NCBI RefSeq assembly: GCF_902713615.1
Contig: NC_052168.1
Location: forward strand, 5,890,001-5,954,000
Source: Scyliorhinus canicula
Lineage: Eukaryota
Length of the DNA stretch: 64,000 bases
Direction of reading: 5' to 3'
Both the position numbers and the translations under genes were made by a program. The notes beneath the pieces are model-generated. The model was given only the letters and a program-made list of their open reading frames with translations, made no database searches and was not told where the DNA came from. The stretch's first letter is position 1, and each line of letters begins with the position of its first letter. Of this stretch, positions 22,072-39,350 are shown one piece after another.

Positions 22072-24449
22072 CTGGGATTGTAGAATCATTGCTTCTCTAT
22101 GTAATAAAATGTAAATTAAGTCTGCATTCTCTGTACCGAAATAAAAAAAACAATTACTTTATGAATAATTTTCTCTCTAATTCAGTAGCTCATGTATTCC
22201 TAAGATTCATTGCTTCCCCAGATGAGTTTACTGACTGGATTTGGTGACATTTCATCTCCATTTGTGCTGTGAAGCAGCTTAATGTCAATAAGTTGTGGGA
22301 AATGTGGAGAGGACACCCACTTGTTTCCTCCTTGGTCAGGATAATATCCATAAGGAATAATATGCTCTTGGTGGCATCTCCACATTAGATTGTGAGAAAT
22401 GTTTTTCCTCTTGACCCTTTTTGGGGTCATACCTCCCATCCCATAATCGTACTCATGTGCCTGAGTCTCTTTCTTGCAGTTAGTTATGACACTGGTGCAT
22501 CATTACTCAACAGTCAATGTGCATTGTCATAACCGTTAGTCCCACTATAACAGCCTGCAGTGGGTTTTGGATTGCTTGGGGTGTTTTGCCTGCCTACATG
22601 GATAAATCTGCATTTTGGCCAATGTTTGCCGCAGCCTGACATCTATCCTTTCCCAACATCATTGCCTGATGTGCAATGTTTTGACCGTTTCACATTTTGA
22701 TAACAGAAGAGCCACAAACTTGAAATTCACAGCAGGGGACAATCACTTCCTTTATGGAATATGGACAATCGCTTTTGTCCCTCCCTAGTTGCTCTTCAGA
22801 AGGTGGGTGATGGTGAGTTGCCTAAAACTGCTCCACTCCCTGAGCTGTAAGTGCATCCACTGTGCAGTTAGGGAGACAGTTCCTGGATTTTGCCCCTAAG
22901 CCAGTGAAGGAATAGTGATTATATTCCCCAGTCAGGATAGTGAGTGGCTTGGAGGGGAGGATTCCGATGGTGGGGTTCCCAGGTTTCTCCTGCTCCTGTC
23001 TTTCTAGGCAGTAATGGTCATGGGTTTGGTAGATGCTAGTTCCTGCAGTGCATCTTGTAGATGGTGCACACAGCAGCCACTGTAGAATAATTCTTGGAGC
23101 CTTGTGTTCCATACTTGCAGATCTTTTTTTTAAATTTGAAACAGGAGAGGCCATTGTTATATTACCCGTGGTGGTAACATGTAGTGTTCTTTGTCTTTTC
23201 TTCTCAAATGATCCAATGTGTTAACAAAGAATCCACTAATTAAATGAAGTTCGCACACTACTGAGCTACAGTTAATAATAAAGTAATATTGAATCTGTCT
23301 AGCAAAAGTCACTGTACATGATCTAACCTCGTGTTAACACTCTCTAATCTAATCCTCTCTCTAATCTAATCATCTTGTGTTTTCATACTTAGCGATCCAG
23401 AATTCTTTTTGGTCTGATTTATATACAGCCAGGTGGTGGATGCTAGTGTTTGAATTACACAGATGTCAAAGTAATCCTTCACTAACCTGACTCTATACAT
23501 ATCATTACAACTACTGTTTGCATTAAACCTGGATCACTAAACTGTTCTGATGCATCAATATGTTTCTTGAGGATTTCACTTGAATGAAATTGGTCACTTG
23601 TCACATTTAGACAGAATTACACACCTCATCCAAATGCTTAAGTGTCAGATCATCCCAGAGTGGCTGGTAGGACACATGGGCCAGGAACAGAAACTGGCAC
23701 AGGAGGCCCTGGATGAAATTGATATTGGCTGCCTGCACGAACACTCAAATTAGTCCCATTCATGTTTACACAAAGTAAAGACCATACTATGAATATGTAA
23801 CTAATTGCAAGACATAGGTGATCAACTTTACAGCAGGATGAAGATCAGACAGAAGAAGCCATCAGACTCCAGAATGGGCTAGTAGCTGGTCCGATGAGGG
23901 TTTTCAGACGACAATGGATCTTGATTGTACCATCCTGGATAAACAGGAGTATCTTGGTTTTATTTCTTCCCATTAACAAGTTGGGGTGTGGATGGGACAA
24001 TGGAACTCCAGCCAGTTGGGGTGCATACCTATGACTCAATGCTAGCAGACCTGTATAAAGGAAGGAACATTGGAACAGATCTTCAGCGATAACCTGGGAG
24101 TCTCCCAGGCACAATCATCGCAAGAAGAAGGGAACCTGGGTTTCAAAGGCCGGAGAAGATATCCACATCGAGTGATCATAACCTGGCCTTCCACCTTCAC
24201 TAAGTACGGGTAATACCTAGAGCTCAGCTGTGCGTCTGAGTCATATTTTGTGTGTGCGAGAATTGTGAATAAATTTGTGTTAAACCATAATTCTGTTTTG
24301 TCCTTTGTTCCTCTTGCACAGAAAGGCACTTTTGAGTATTAAACTGGCCGAAATATGTGAGATATTACAGACACAAACACCAGAAAAAATAATTATCTTG
24401 AAGTTCCATGCCAATAATGCTTATTTTTCTTCTGACTTGATGTTTCCAG

Positions 24450-24596
24450 CTTTGTGACTTCCTGGTGTTTCAATACTTGGATGAACAAGTGAAGATGATC
24501 GAGAAGCTCGGAGATCACATCACCAACCTGAAGAGACTGGGAGCCCCTGGGAATGGCACGGGAGAGTACCTGTTTGACAAGCTCACCCTGGACTGA
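24450..24596 (+). pseudogene. Orphan ferritin exon 4, in frame (relic or alternative last exon)
   Basis: Acceptor tttccag, 147 nt, open frame [48 protein letters not shown]. Confidence 0.75.
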
Positions 24597-24918
24597 CTGA
24601 CTCACATGATGATTTCTTGTGCTCCATTTCTATTCTGTTATTGTATTTGCAAATAGAAAATGAAAAACAATAATAATTGAGCAAATTCATGTCTATATAT
24701 AATTCAGTAGCTTTGGATCATGAATCCCAACTGTCTATACATTAAGTATTTGACATGACAATTTAAGTGTTCCTTCTGCTCAGACACATGATCAATCCCG
24801 GCCAAAGATAGTTTATTCCTATATCTCCATGTGACTCAGAAGCTTGGAGGGGGTTTCTGCAATTCTCGATGCAAATGGGGTTTCTAGCATTTCCAGGTTG
24901 TCATGAATCTGTGAATAT

Positions 24919-25303
24919 TGAAGTGTTGGCTAGTGTAGACTTGAGAGATGAACAGACACTTCCAACACTGATGAAGGCTCAACTCAATTTTATTAACTAA
25001 CTTCCAACTAACTAACACACGATGACTGTGGGTCTAAATGATGCTAACTTAAACTAGAGACCTAAGCCTTGTCCGAACCAGTTGATTCTCTCAGCACGTG
25101 GTGTGCGTCTGTGCTGGGCTGGATGAGTTCCTGTTACACTCAGAGGCAGCACCCAGAATGAGCGGGAACCGTGGTGCCCTCTGCCTTTATAGTGTGTGTA
25201 TTCTAACTGGTGATTGGCTGCGGTGTTTGTGCATGTTGATTGGTCCCTGTGTGTGTCCATCAGTGTGTGTCTGCACCATGATATACTAGTGTATATTATG
25301 ACA
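24919..25303 (-). mobile_element. Probable solo LTR (~385 bp)
   Basis: TG...CA ends, near-TSD AATAT/GATAT, minus-strand CCAAT, TATAAA and AATAAA in LTR order. Confidence 0.65.
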
Positions 25304-26036
25304 GATATGAAGGAAGGACACTAAATTTCAGCCGCTGTGATCAGCATCAATAACGCAGACTCATTCTGGACATGACAAGAGATGCATCAATTTGTGGATT
25401 ATCCGCTTTATATCTATTAATAAAAATGAAAGAGGATGAGTATGATTGAGATATTGGGCTGCCACAAAGGACTATTTGCCTCCTGGGAATCTAGATTGGG
25501 GCACAGTTTCAAATAAAGCTCTCTTTTCAGCATGAGGCAGCTGAGGAAAAGATTCTTCGGAGGGTTGTAAATCTTTAGAATTCTCTACCTTGCCTTTCTT
25601 TCCTTTCCCACCCATGGAGGCTGGGTTATTTCGAGTTGGTCAGCTTCCCATCTACAAATATAGAGATCAATTCGGGCATTAGAATTGGTGCCTGAATTCG
25701 ATCAGCTGCTCTTGTCAAAGGGAACGAATGATCTTGTCCTGTTCTTCACTGGAAACCCCTCCAAATTTTTGTTTTGTCCTGTATACCTAATCGAGCACTG
25801 ACCACTCTCCTCACCCTTTTAGGGCAGCTAGTCATTGTTCAACCCCATGCCCCTGTCTCCAAGAGCTGTACTTCCCCCAATGTCTTCAATGAGTAAAAAT
25901 AGATGGTCTTGGGTCAGACACCCAACACTTAGGTTACAGATATAAAATCTTCCCTTCAGTCTCTCAAGCGACTTGAGATTTGCAGAAGGGACCCTTAAAT
26001 TTGATTGGGGGCAGAATTTACATCGATGGAACATTA

Positions 26037-26394
26037 GAGCAGCACGGTAGCATTGTCGATAGCACAATTGCTTCACAGCTCCAGGGTCCCAGGTTCGATT
26101 CCGGCTTGGGTCACTGTCTGTGCGGAGTCTGCACATCCTCCCCGTGTGTGCGTGGGTTTCCTCCGGGTGCTCCGATTTCCTCCCACAGTCCAAAGATGTG
26201 CAGGTTAGGTGGATTGGCCATGCTAAATTGCCCTCAGTGTCCAAAATTGCCCTTAGTGTTGGGTGGGGTTACTGGGTTATGGGGATAGGGTGGAGGTGTT
26301 GACCTTGGGTAGGGTGCTCTTTCCAAGAGACGGTGCAGACGCGATGGGCCGAATGGCCTCCTTCTGCACTGTAAATTCTATGATTCTATGATTC
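26037..26394 (+). mobile_element. Full-length HE1 SINE
   Basis: Head, V-domain and tail ending in TCTATGAT repeats. Confidence 0.9.
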
Positions 26395-27058
26395 ACTTTC
26401 CATTTTCCCCAACTTGTCTCATTGGTTGCTCGATTCGCTGCAGTCTACCTAGCGCAGGTCTGTCCATTTCAGCCACTGCGATCAGCGTCACTAACGCAGA
26501 CTCTGGACATGACAAGAGATGCATCAATTCTCCAAGAGATTGCTTAATATAAATACAGTTGTGCTCAATACCATCTATAGGGCTCAATTTCCATTTGCAA
26601 ACTCATCAAGCCGGTCTATTGTGAAGCTCTGATTTGGAGAAGAGATTGCATCAGTTTCAGTTTGCGGAAAGTCAAAGGAATCAACATCAAATGTGTTAAT
26701 GACAAGGTTCCTTTAAAAAACAGGGAAACGTGAAGCACATGGAATTGGAGGAAACCCTTAGATATGGTTAGGAATTGATTAAGACATAGCAGACAGAGTA
26801 GGGGTAACGATGGTGAACTCCCAAGACCGGACACAGGGTTTGAGATGAATGGGGGGGGGGGGGGGGGGTACTCAGATTTGCATTCTATCCATAAATCCCA
26901 TCGACGAACAATTAGGGAGATGCATATTGAAATTTCCAGCAGCACAGTATTATTATAAATGGGAGCAGAAGTTTGCAAAGGAATTGTAATAGAAAAAAGG
27001 AGTTTATTTTTACTTATTCGTCCACAGGGTGTGGGCCTCCCAAGTGTGTCAGAACTGC

Positions 27059-27692
27059 TGGGCGGCACAGTGGTTAGCACTGTTGCTTCACAGTGCTAGG
27101 GGCCCGGGCTCGATTCCTGACTTGGGTGACCGTCTGTGCGGAGTCTGCATGTTGTCTGCATGGGTTTCCTCCGGGTGCTCCGGTTTCCTCCCACAAGTCC
27201 CGAAAGATGTGCTTGTTAGGTGAATTGGACATTCTGAATTCTCCCTCAGTGCTCCCGAACAGGCGCCGGAGTGTGGCGGCTAGGGGATTTTGACAGTAAC
27301 TTCATTGCAGTGTTAATCATCATAGAATTTACAGTGCAGAAGAAGGCCATTCGGCCCATCGAGTTTGCACCGGCTCTTGGAAAAAGCACCCTACCAAAGG
27401 TCAACACCTCCCCCTATCCCAATAACCCAGTAACCCACCCAACACTAAGGGCAATTTTGGACACTAAGGGCAATTTATCATGGCCAATCCACCTAACCTG
27501 CACATCTTTGGACTGTGGGAAGAAACCGGAGCACCCGGAGGAAACCCATGCACACACGGGGAGGATGTGCAGACTCCGCACAGGCAGTGACCCAAGCCGG
27601 AATCGAACCTGGGACCCTGGAGATGTGAAGCCATTGTGCTATCCACAATGCTACCGTGCTGCCCTAATGTGACACTAATAAGGTTATTATTA
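27059..27692 (+). mobile_element. V-SINE with alternative tail, interrupted by an inverted HE1 SINE (27319-27664)
   Basis: The host tail resumes (TAATGTGACACTAATAAGGTTATT) after the nested minus-strand element. Confidence 0.8.
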
Positions 27693-28149
27693 TATGACTG
27701 ATCTGGAAGACATGGGCTGACATGGGGCGAGGCACAAATCACAGCACAAGGCAGGACCTGATGCAGGAACATTGTTACAGCTTCATATCCCATCTGGGAC
27801 TCGGAAGATAACTATAGGGTAGAGAGAGAGAGAAACCATTTCCTCTTGTGGTCCAGGACAGGGGCAGCATGGCATTAATATTAGAGCGGGGCTGTTCATG
27901 GAGGGTGTGAGGAAACACTCCTTCACACAAAACCATTGAGGGCTATTCAAAGATTTCAAAACTGAGATTGCTAGGTATTTGTTCGTTAAGGTTATAAAGG
28001 GATACGAAATCAAGGCAGGTTAATGGAGTTAAACTAATGATCAGCCAAGATCAAATTCAATGGTGGAACAGGCATGAGGGGCTGAATGGCCTCCTCCAAT
28101 TCCAATTTTCCAATCACAGAAAAACCATCTAACCCTATCTGTATTCCAC

Positions 28150-28290
28150 TGATGTGATTGGTTCTGGGGAACACACCCCACTCCCTCACCTTAATTGGTC
28201 TCTTGGCAGTTTCCTGATTGGCTATCGGGGAATGTCAATCATCATTGGTGATGTCGTTCCCTGTTAGGATGTCCCAGTTGTATAAATACA
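28150..28290 (+). promoter_or_regulatory. Copy 4 promoter, TATAAA 28281
   Basis: Same block with small deletions; CRE-like site reads TGATGTCG. Confidence 0.72.
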
Positions 28291-28342
28291 AGAGCTGGTG
28301 GTAGGGAGAGTTAGTCTGAGAACAGTGATAGCAATAGTCAAG

Positions 28343-31173
<2,831 letters not shown>

Positions 31174-32705
31174 CTGGGGTTCTGTTTTTCATTGTATGAA
31201 ATGTAATCTAAAATAAAGTATTCATCATGGACCTGGTAATCATGACACTTGTTCTTGAACTGAATGGTTTGCTGGACCATTTAAAGATTGGTGAGTTGCT
31301 GTGGCATGGAGGGACAACAGGTTTCCTGAAGATATACATGAAGCTGAGTTTGGGGTGGGGAGCAGTAGAGTAATTTGACCTTTGCCCCCTCCCAACCTCT
31401 GACTAGTTCCTGACAATGGTTTCCATCTCTGTGCAGAACTACTCCTCCCTCCCCCCACCCCCACTAATAAGCAAAGCTCACTGAACCTTGTCCAAGCAGG
31501 TCTAACAAGCCACAACTCCTTTTTGTCTTTCTACCTTGCTGTGCACTAGCTGAGTGTTACAGCTAGCAAAGGTTTAAACCCCCACACAGGCTCGAAAGGT
31601 AAATAGCGTTACAATACTTGAGCTCCCTCTGGGGGCCATATGTTTTGTCCATACTGTTACCTTGACAACTGCAGCCCCACAATCCCAAACATACACAATC
31701 CCAAACATACTACAGCGTATCATCGGAACTCTAAACGTTAGCTCTTTTCTCTCCCTACGAACGCTGCCAGACCTCCTGAGTTTTTCCAGCATTTTGTTTC
31801 TAAAATCTCGTCCATGCTGCTTAACAAAAACCTCAACCTCCTGCATGTTGGGGGGAAAAATAATCTTTTGAGTGGAAGGTTGCTCTCAACCTTTCTGGAT
31901 GCACAAACCCCAAATCTGACTCCATTAGTGCTGATTTTGCCTTGTTGCAGTGTTCTTTGCCTTATTCACGTGCCACTTGCCAACTCTGCTCTGACAAATT
32001 CCTTATCCCAGACAACAGGCTGGTTGTGATAACAAAAATCCCTGAAAGTCAAGACCATGGTAGGTGCTACCTCCATGTGCAGCCATCTCCTCCCCCTCAC
32101 CACCGGAAGTCCTTCAATTCCAGAGTTAAATTCTATTGGCTGCTATTGTGGGATTTGCACCCATGTCCCCAAAGCGTTAACCGAGGCCTTCGATCACTTG
32201 TCCTTCACCACTGCGAACCCCTGGTCACATTCCTAGGTGTGTAAAAATGTAGTTTTCATTAAAACTTCCTCTATGCACCCCTTGTCCCAACTTCCTAGAG
32301 TTGATTCAACACCTGCTCTAACTTCTGAATTGTAGCATCAGCAGGCAACATGCGTAGAAAGTGCGGAATGTTAGAAATTAAGCAAAGGGACTGAATTGGT
32401 GTGTTGCTCCAGACTTTCACCTGTCTGGGGAGAAGGCATGCAATTGATATTTCTTACTAGACTGACAAGCCACATTCTAGTGATGCTTCAAACCTGTGTT
32501 ACCCACTTATCCTTTAGGCCGGTTCACATTTTGTTCAATTGCTGCTGGCCCCTCTCTAAACGATTATGCTTCTGAATCTTGGGTGAGCAAACGCCCACAC
32601 TTGAATCAGCTGGACATAACTTCTATGTTCCAGGTGTAAAATCTTTCCTCACAATCCAGGCTTGAACCTCGATTTGCAGAAAGGAACAATCGGTGGCAAT
32701 TCAAG

Positions 32706-32927
32706 TTTTTTTAAATTATAAATTTAGAGTACTCAATTCATTTTTTCCAATTACGAGGCGATTTAGCGTGGCCAATCCACCTAGCCTGCACACCTTTGGC
32801 CTGTGGGGGCGAAACCCACGGGGAGAATGTGCAAACTCCACATGGACCGTGACCCACAGTCGGGATCGAACCTGGGACCTCGGCATCGTGAGGCAGCAGG
32901 GCTAACCCACTGCGCCACCTTGCTCCC
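32706..32927 (-). mobile_element. HE1-type SINE (short form)
   Basis: Reverse-complement head and V-domain. Confidence 0.8.
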
Positions 32928-32984
32928 TAGCAGTTCGAGTTTGATGGGATCAGAAATCCACACCACAATTCAATGAAGAGTTGA

Positions 32985-33884
32985 AAAATGAAATGAAATG
33001 AAATGAAAATCGCTTATTGTCACGAGTAGGCTTCAATGAAGTTACTGTGAAAAGCCCCTAGTCGCCACATTCCGGCACCTGTCCGGGGAGGCTGGTACGG
33101 GAATCGAACCGTGCTGCTGGCCTGCTTGGTCTGCTTTAAAAGCCAGTGATTTAGCCCAGTGAGCTAAATCAGCCCCATAATAATAATAACCGCTTATTGT
33201 CACAAGTAGGCTTCAATGAAGTTACTGTGAAAAGCCCCTAGTAGCCACATTCCGGCGCCTGTTCGGGGAGGCTGTGAATGGGACTTGAACCCACGCTGCT
33301 GGTCTTGTTCTGCATTACAAGTCAGCTGTCTTAGCCCACTGTGCTAGACTAGCCCCTAATAAAATCGCTTATTGTCACGAGTAGGCTTCAATGAAGTTAC
33401 TGTGAAAAGCCCCTAGTCGCCACATTCCGGCGCCTGTTCGGGGAGGCTGGTACGGGAATCGAACCGTGCTGCTGGCCTGCTTGGTCTGCTTTAAAAGCCA
33501 GTGATTTAGCCCAGTGAGCTAAATCAGCCCCATAATAATAATAACCGCTTATTGTCACAAGTAGGCTTCAATGAAGTTACTGTGAAAAGCCCCTAGTAGC
33601 CACATTCCGGCGCCTGTTCGGGGAGGCTGTGAATGGGACTTGAACCCACGCTGCTGGTCTTGTTCTGCATTACAAGTCAGCTGTCTTAGCCCACTGTGCT
33701 AGACTAGCCCCTAATAAAATCGCTTATTGTCACGAGTAGGCTTCAATGAAGTTACTGTGAAAAGCCCCTAGTCGCCACATTCCGGCGCCTGTTCGGGGAG
33801 GCTGGTACGGGAATCGAACCGTGCTGCTGGCCTGCCTTGGTCGGCTTTAAAAGCCAGCGATTTAGCCCAGTGAGCTAAACCAGC
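32985..33884 (-). repeat. Head-to-tail array of five ~175-bp tRNA-derived SINEs, A-B-A-B-A', 355-bp period
   Basis: AAAATCGCTTATTGTCAC recurs at 33006, 33361, 33716; minus strand shows A-box/B-box-like motifs (GGTTCGATTCCC); (TTTCA)n and (TTA)n tails. Confidence 0.88.
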
Positions 33885-34310
33885 TCACCCTTGAATCTCT
33901 GCAGCGGTGCACATTTCATTTCCCAACTCTCTGCTGGTTTTGACATTCACTACAACTTGTCTGATCCAGCTCCAACCCTTTTATTCCATTGGGGTTAACA
34001 TGGTGAAAGTGCGCAATGTGGGCATGTTTGGGACCTCCACCACCACCCAAGAACTTCTGCGATGAATGGGTTAGACAGGATCCAGCTGTGCTAACACTGT
34101 GCAGGCTTTGTAAAGGCTCTGAGTGAGAGAATACGCAATCAGATTCGGTTTGAGGGAAGTCAATGAAACCAACCATAATGACATCGCTGGTAAGCCTCTG
34201 CAGGATATTCGGAGAATCGGATGCAGCCTGTAGACATTGTTGGAATTTGGATATGGAATACAGAGTTAGGCTGATGGGTGTGCAGTGCAGTCGGCAGGGT
34301 GGGACTAGAC

Positions 34311-34665
34311 CAGGGGTGGGCAAACTTTTCCGTGCAAGAGCCACATTCAGAAATTCACAATTTTAAAGGGCCGCATTGTATATTAAGTAAAATAATTACT
34401 TCACCCGGTTATGATTCTGGGCACCTCATATAGAACATAGAACATAGAACAGTACAGCACAGAACAGGCCCTTCGGCCCTCGATGTTGTGCCGAGCAATG
34501 ATCACCCTACTCAAGTCAACGTATCCACCCTATACCAGTAAGTAATCCAACAGCCCCCCCCCCCCCCCCCATTAACCTTGAAAAAAAAATTTATTTAAAA
34601 AAAAAAAATTTTTTTTTAAAAAATTTTTTTTAATGACTTGGCGGGCTGTAGTTTGCCCACCCCTG
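34311..34665. mobile_element. Non-autonomous hAT (Charlie-like) DNA transposon
   Basis: Perfect 16-bp TIR CAGGGGTGGGCAAACT/AGTTTGCCCACCCCTG and 8-bp TSD GACTAGAC. Confidence 0.9.
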
Positions 34666-34779
34666 GACTAGACATCTCCTCTGGGATCTGTGCAGGGGGC
34701 TCCACTTTTGAACCCGGGACCCTGAAGCTGTGAAGCAACTGTACTAACCACTGCGCTACCGTGCTGCCCATGCATCATG

Positions 34780-35190
34780 GTCTCAGAGAGAGAGCAGCAC
34801 AGATTCAACAGAATGTTAGCAGGTCTAAAAGGGTTCAATTATGCGGACAGTTTGCACAGAATCATCTTGCATTCTAGGACCAGGGGGAATAATCTTGTTG
34901 GTAAGAGTAAGGGGTTGGTCATTTCATACAGAGATGAGGAGGACTTTCTTCTCTCAGAGGGTAGTGAATATGGGGAATTCTTTACCGCAGAGAGCTGTAG
35001 AGACTGGGTCATTACGTATGTTCAAGGCTGAGATAGACAGATACTTAATCACAAGGGAATCAAGGGTTATGGGGCTAAGACAGGAAAGTGGAGTTGAAGA
35101 TGATCACATCAGATCAGTCATGATCTGATTGAATCGCGGATCAGACTCGATGGGCTGAATTGTCTACTCCTGGCTCCTATGTCTTATGGT
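34780..35190 (+). mobile_element. CR1 LINE 3' end
   Basis: Degenerate RRTFFSQRVVN..NSLPQRAVE..FKAEIDRYL followed by a GGGCTGAAT..CTACTCCTG..TCTTATG tail. Confidence 0.8.
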
Positions 35191-35564
35191 CATTCTCTTG
35201 TGCACAGAAGAATAAGGGATGATTATTATTGAGGAATTGAAGATGATAAATGGAGTTGATTAGACAGATAGAAACAATTTCCTTTGGAACAAAGCAATAA
35301 ACTTAAGACCAGATCTTGGCCATTTAAGGCTGATGCTCGTAATAATTTATTCCCAAGAAAGGAGAGCGTCAATGTAGACACTCTCTCCCTAAAACATTGG
35401 GAGGAAACAACAATTTCAAAACCGAGATGTTTAGGTTTTTGTTCAGTAAGGGGCTGAAGACAGGCGGACAGTGGCATTAAGATTCAGAGCAGCCATGATA
35501 TCATTGGCTTGAGGGACTGAATGGCCTCCCCCTGTTGCTATATTGCAATCATGCATTCCAATGC

Positions 35565-35720
35565 TCTGATTGGCTCTGGGTATCGCACTCCAGCCCCTCT
35601 CCTTTGTCAATTGGTGCCTGGATTCATGGCAGAGTCCTGATTGGCTATCAGTGATTGCCAATCATCATTGGTGATGTCATTCCCTGTCTGAATGCAGGAT
35701 GTCCCAGATGTATAAATACA
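35565..35720 (+). promoter_or_regulatory. Copy 5 promoter, TATAAA 35711
   Basis: Same block. Confidence 0.75.
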
Positions 35721-35778
35721 AGAGCTTGTGTTGGGGAGGGTCAGTTCTAGAACTTTCTAGGTGATAGTAGCAGTGAAG

Positions 35779-37754
<1,976 letters not shown>

Positions 37755-38464
37755 CTGGGATTTGGGAAGCCCTGTGGCTAATTTTGGTTTTTCTCTTGCT
37801 AAATATGGAAATAAAAATATTTATCAATTTAGCTGTTGTTCTTCATTGGTAAGATACCGAGCAGTAAGGACTTTTCCACTTCTATATTTCTTGGCTTGTG
37901 TTTACTTCAATTTGTAAGCTTTGTGGGGCTGATTTACTCCATGGTAACATTTCTCAGAAGGAGCGAGTTGGTGTACTCAGTGCATAGGGAGTAAAAGTGG
38001 TTTGTTTGTGTCCAACCACAAGCTTCTACATAAGTAATAAGACACTTTAAGCCTACTGCCGCTCGCCATGCTACAGATGAGCCAATTCCCTGAGGTTGGT
38101 CTGCAGGTCAGTCTCGTGCTAGTCTAGCCAACACCGTTCAGTCTGGAACACCAACCCCAGCCTCACCTTCCACACCCTGCCAAATTGTCTATGAATTCCC
38201 CTCAAGATTGACTGTCAACCTGCTTTATGTTTGATGCCATCTTGAATTGATCTTCCCAAAAGCCCTTTGACCTTCATCTGCCTGCGTTTGACCCAGTCAC
38301 CACATATCCCAAAGTGCGATCATCCACTCTGGAATGGCAAGATGAATCCGTGTTCTTTTTTAAATAGTGCGGAGCTCTGGGCTGAGGCAGTAGAGAGATT
38401 AATGGGCCCATGCACAGGAAACCGAAAGCTCTGGCGCAGGTACAACAAATAGTTGAAAAAGCAA

Positions 38465-39332
38465 TGGTCTAGGGGTGGATGCCCTAAGCAGGGTTAATAC
38501 CTCCTCATCGTGTGCCAGGCTCAGCCTGATACATAAGGCAGTCCACCGGGCAGACATGACTAGGATGAGCAGGTTTTTCGGGGTAGAGGACAGGTGCGTG
38601 GGAAGCCCAGCAAATCATGTCCACTGGTTTTGCTAAGGCAATGTCCACGGTGCTAAAAACACAGGTGGTAGCGACCTTTGGAGTGTCAGAAGAGCCGGGA
38701 GTTCAGAGGTCAAAAGAGGCTGACGTCTCGGCCTTTGCCTGCCTGGTAGCCCGGAGACGGGTCTTATTAATGTGGAGGGGCTCGAAGCCCCCGAGTGGAG
38801 AGACCTGGGTTAGCAACATGGCTGGGTTTCTCAGTCTCGAGAAAATAAAGTTCACCTTCAGAGGGTCAATGGTCGGGTTCACCCGGAGGTGGCAGCCATT
38901 CGTCAACTTTCTCGGAGAAAATTAAAATGTCAGCAGATGCAGAATTCCAGGGGTGGTGAGGGGGGGTAATTGGGGGAGGGAGGGTTGAAGGGGGAAATTG
39001 GGGGGTGGGGGATGAGGGAGGGTTGAAGGGGGAAATTGGGGGGTGGGTGATGAGGGAGGGTTGAGGGGGGAATTGGGGGGGTGGGGAATGGGGTGGTGGG
39101 GACATGGGGGAATGGGGTGGTGGGGACATGGGAGAATGAGGGGGTGGGGTGATGGGGAAGGATGAGGGGGGGATGGGGGGAGATGAGGGCCCGCTTGTTG
39201 TTGGGGTGGGTGAAGATTGAGATGGGGGGAGGGGGGAGAAATGATTATTATACCATTTTGATGTCATTGTCTATGTTATTTTTCTAAAAATTTTCAAATA
39301 CCTTAATAAAGTTATTTGTTTTAAAAAGAAAA
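38465..39332 (+). mobile_element. L1-clade LINE 3' fragment with G-rich 3'UTR
   Basis: ORF2 C-terminus (ARRRVLLMWR..PPS..W...FLSLEKIKFT.RGS..FTRRWQPF), G-tract, AATAAA and A-rich tail. Confidence 0.8.
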
Positions 39333-39350
39333 AGCAAATGGAATGATGGA

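Noticed and set aside
28323-28328. CAGTGA in the copy 4 5'UTR (also 35771-35776 in copy 5) as an IRE loop
   Set aside because: The flanking 5-mers do not pair and there is no bulged C six bases upstream.
31724-31800. Penelope-like fragment as a hammerhead ribozyme (also CTGATGA near 24968 and CTGAGGA near 50165)
   Set aside because: None shows a complete CTGANGA-stem II-GAAA core.
32985-33884. CRISPR-like or tRNA gene array
   Set aside because: Eukaryotic context, no unique spacers, and the units are SINEs with tRNA-derived heads and no complete cloverleaf.
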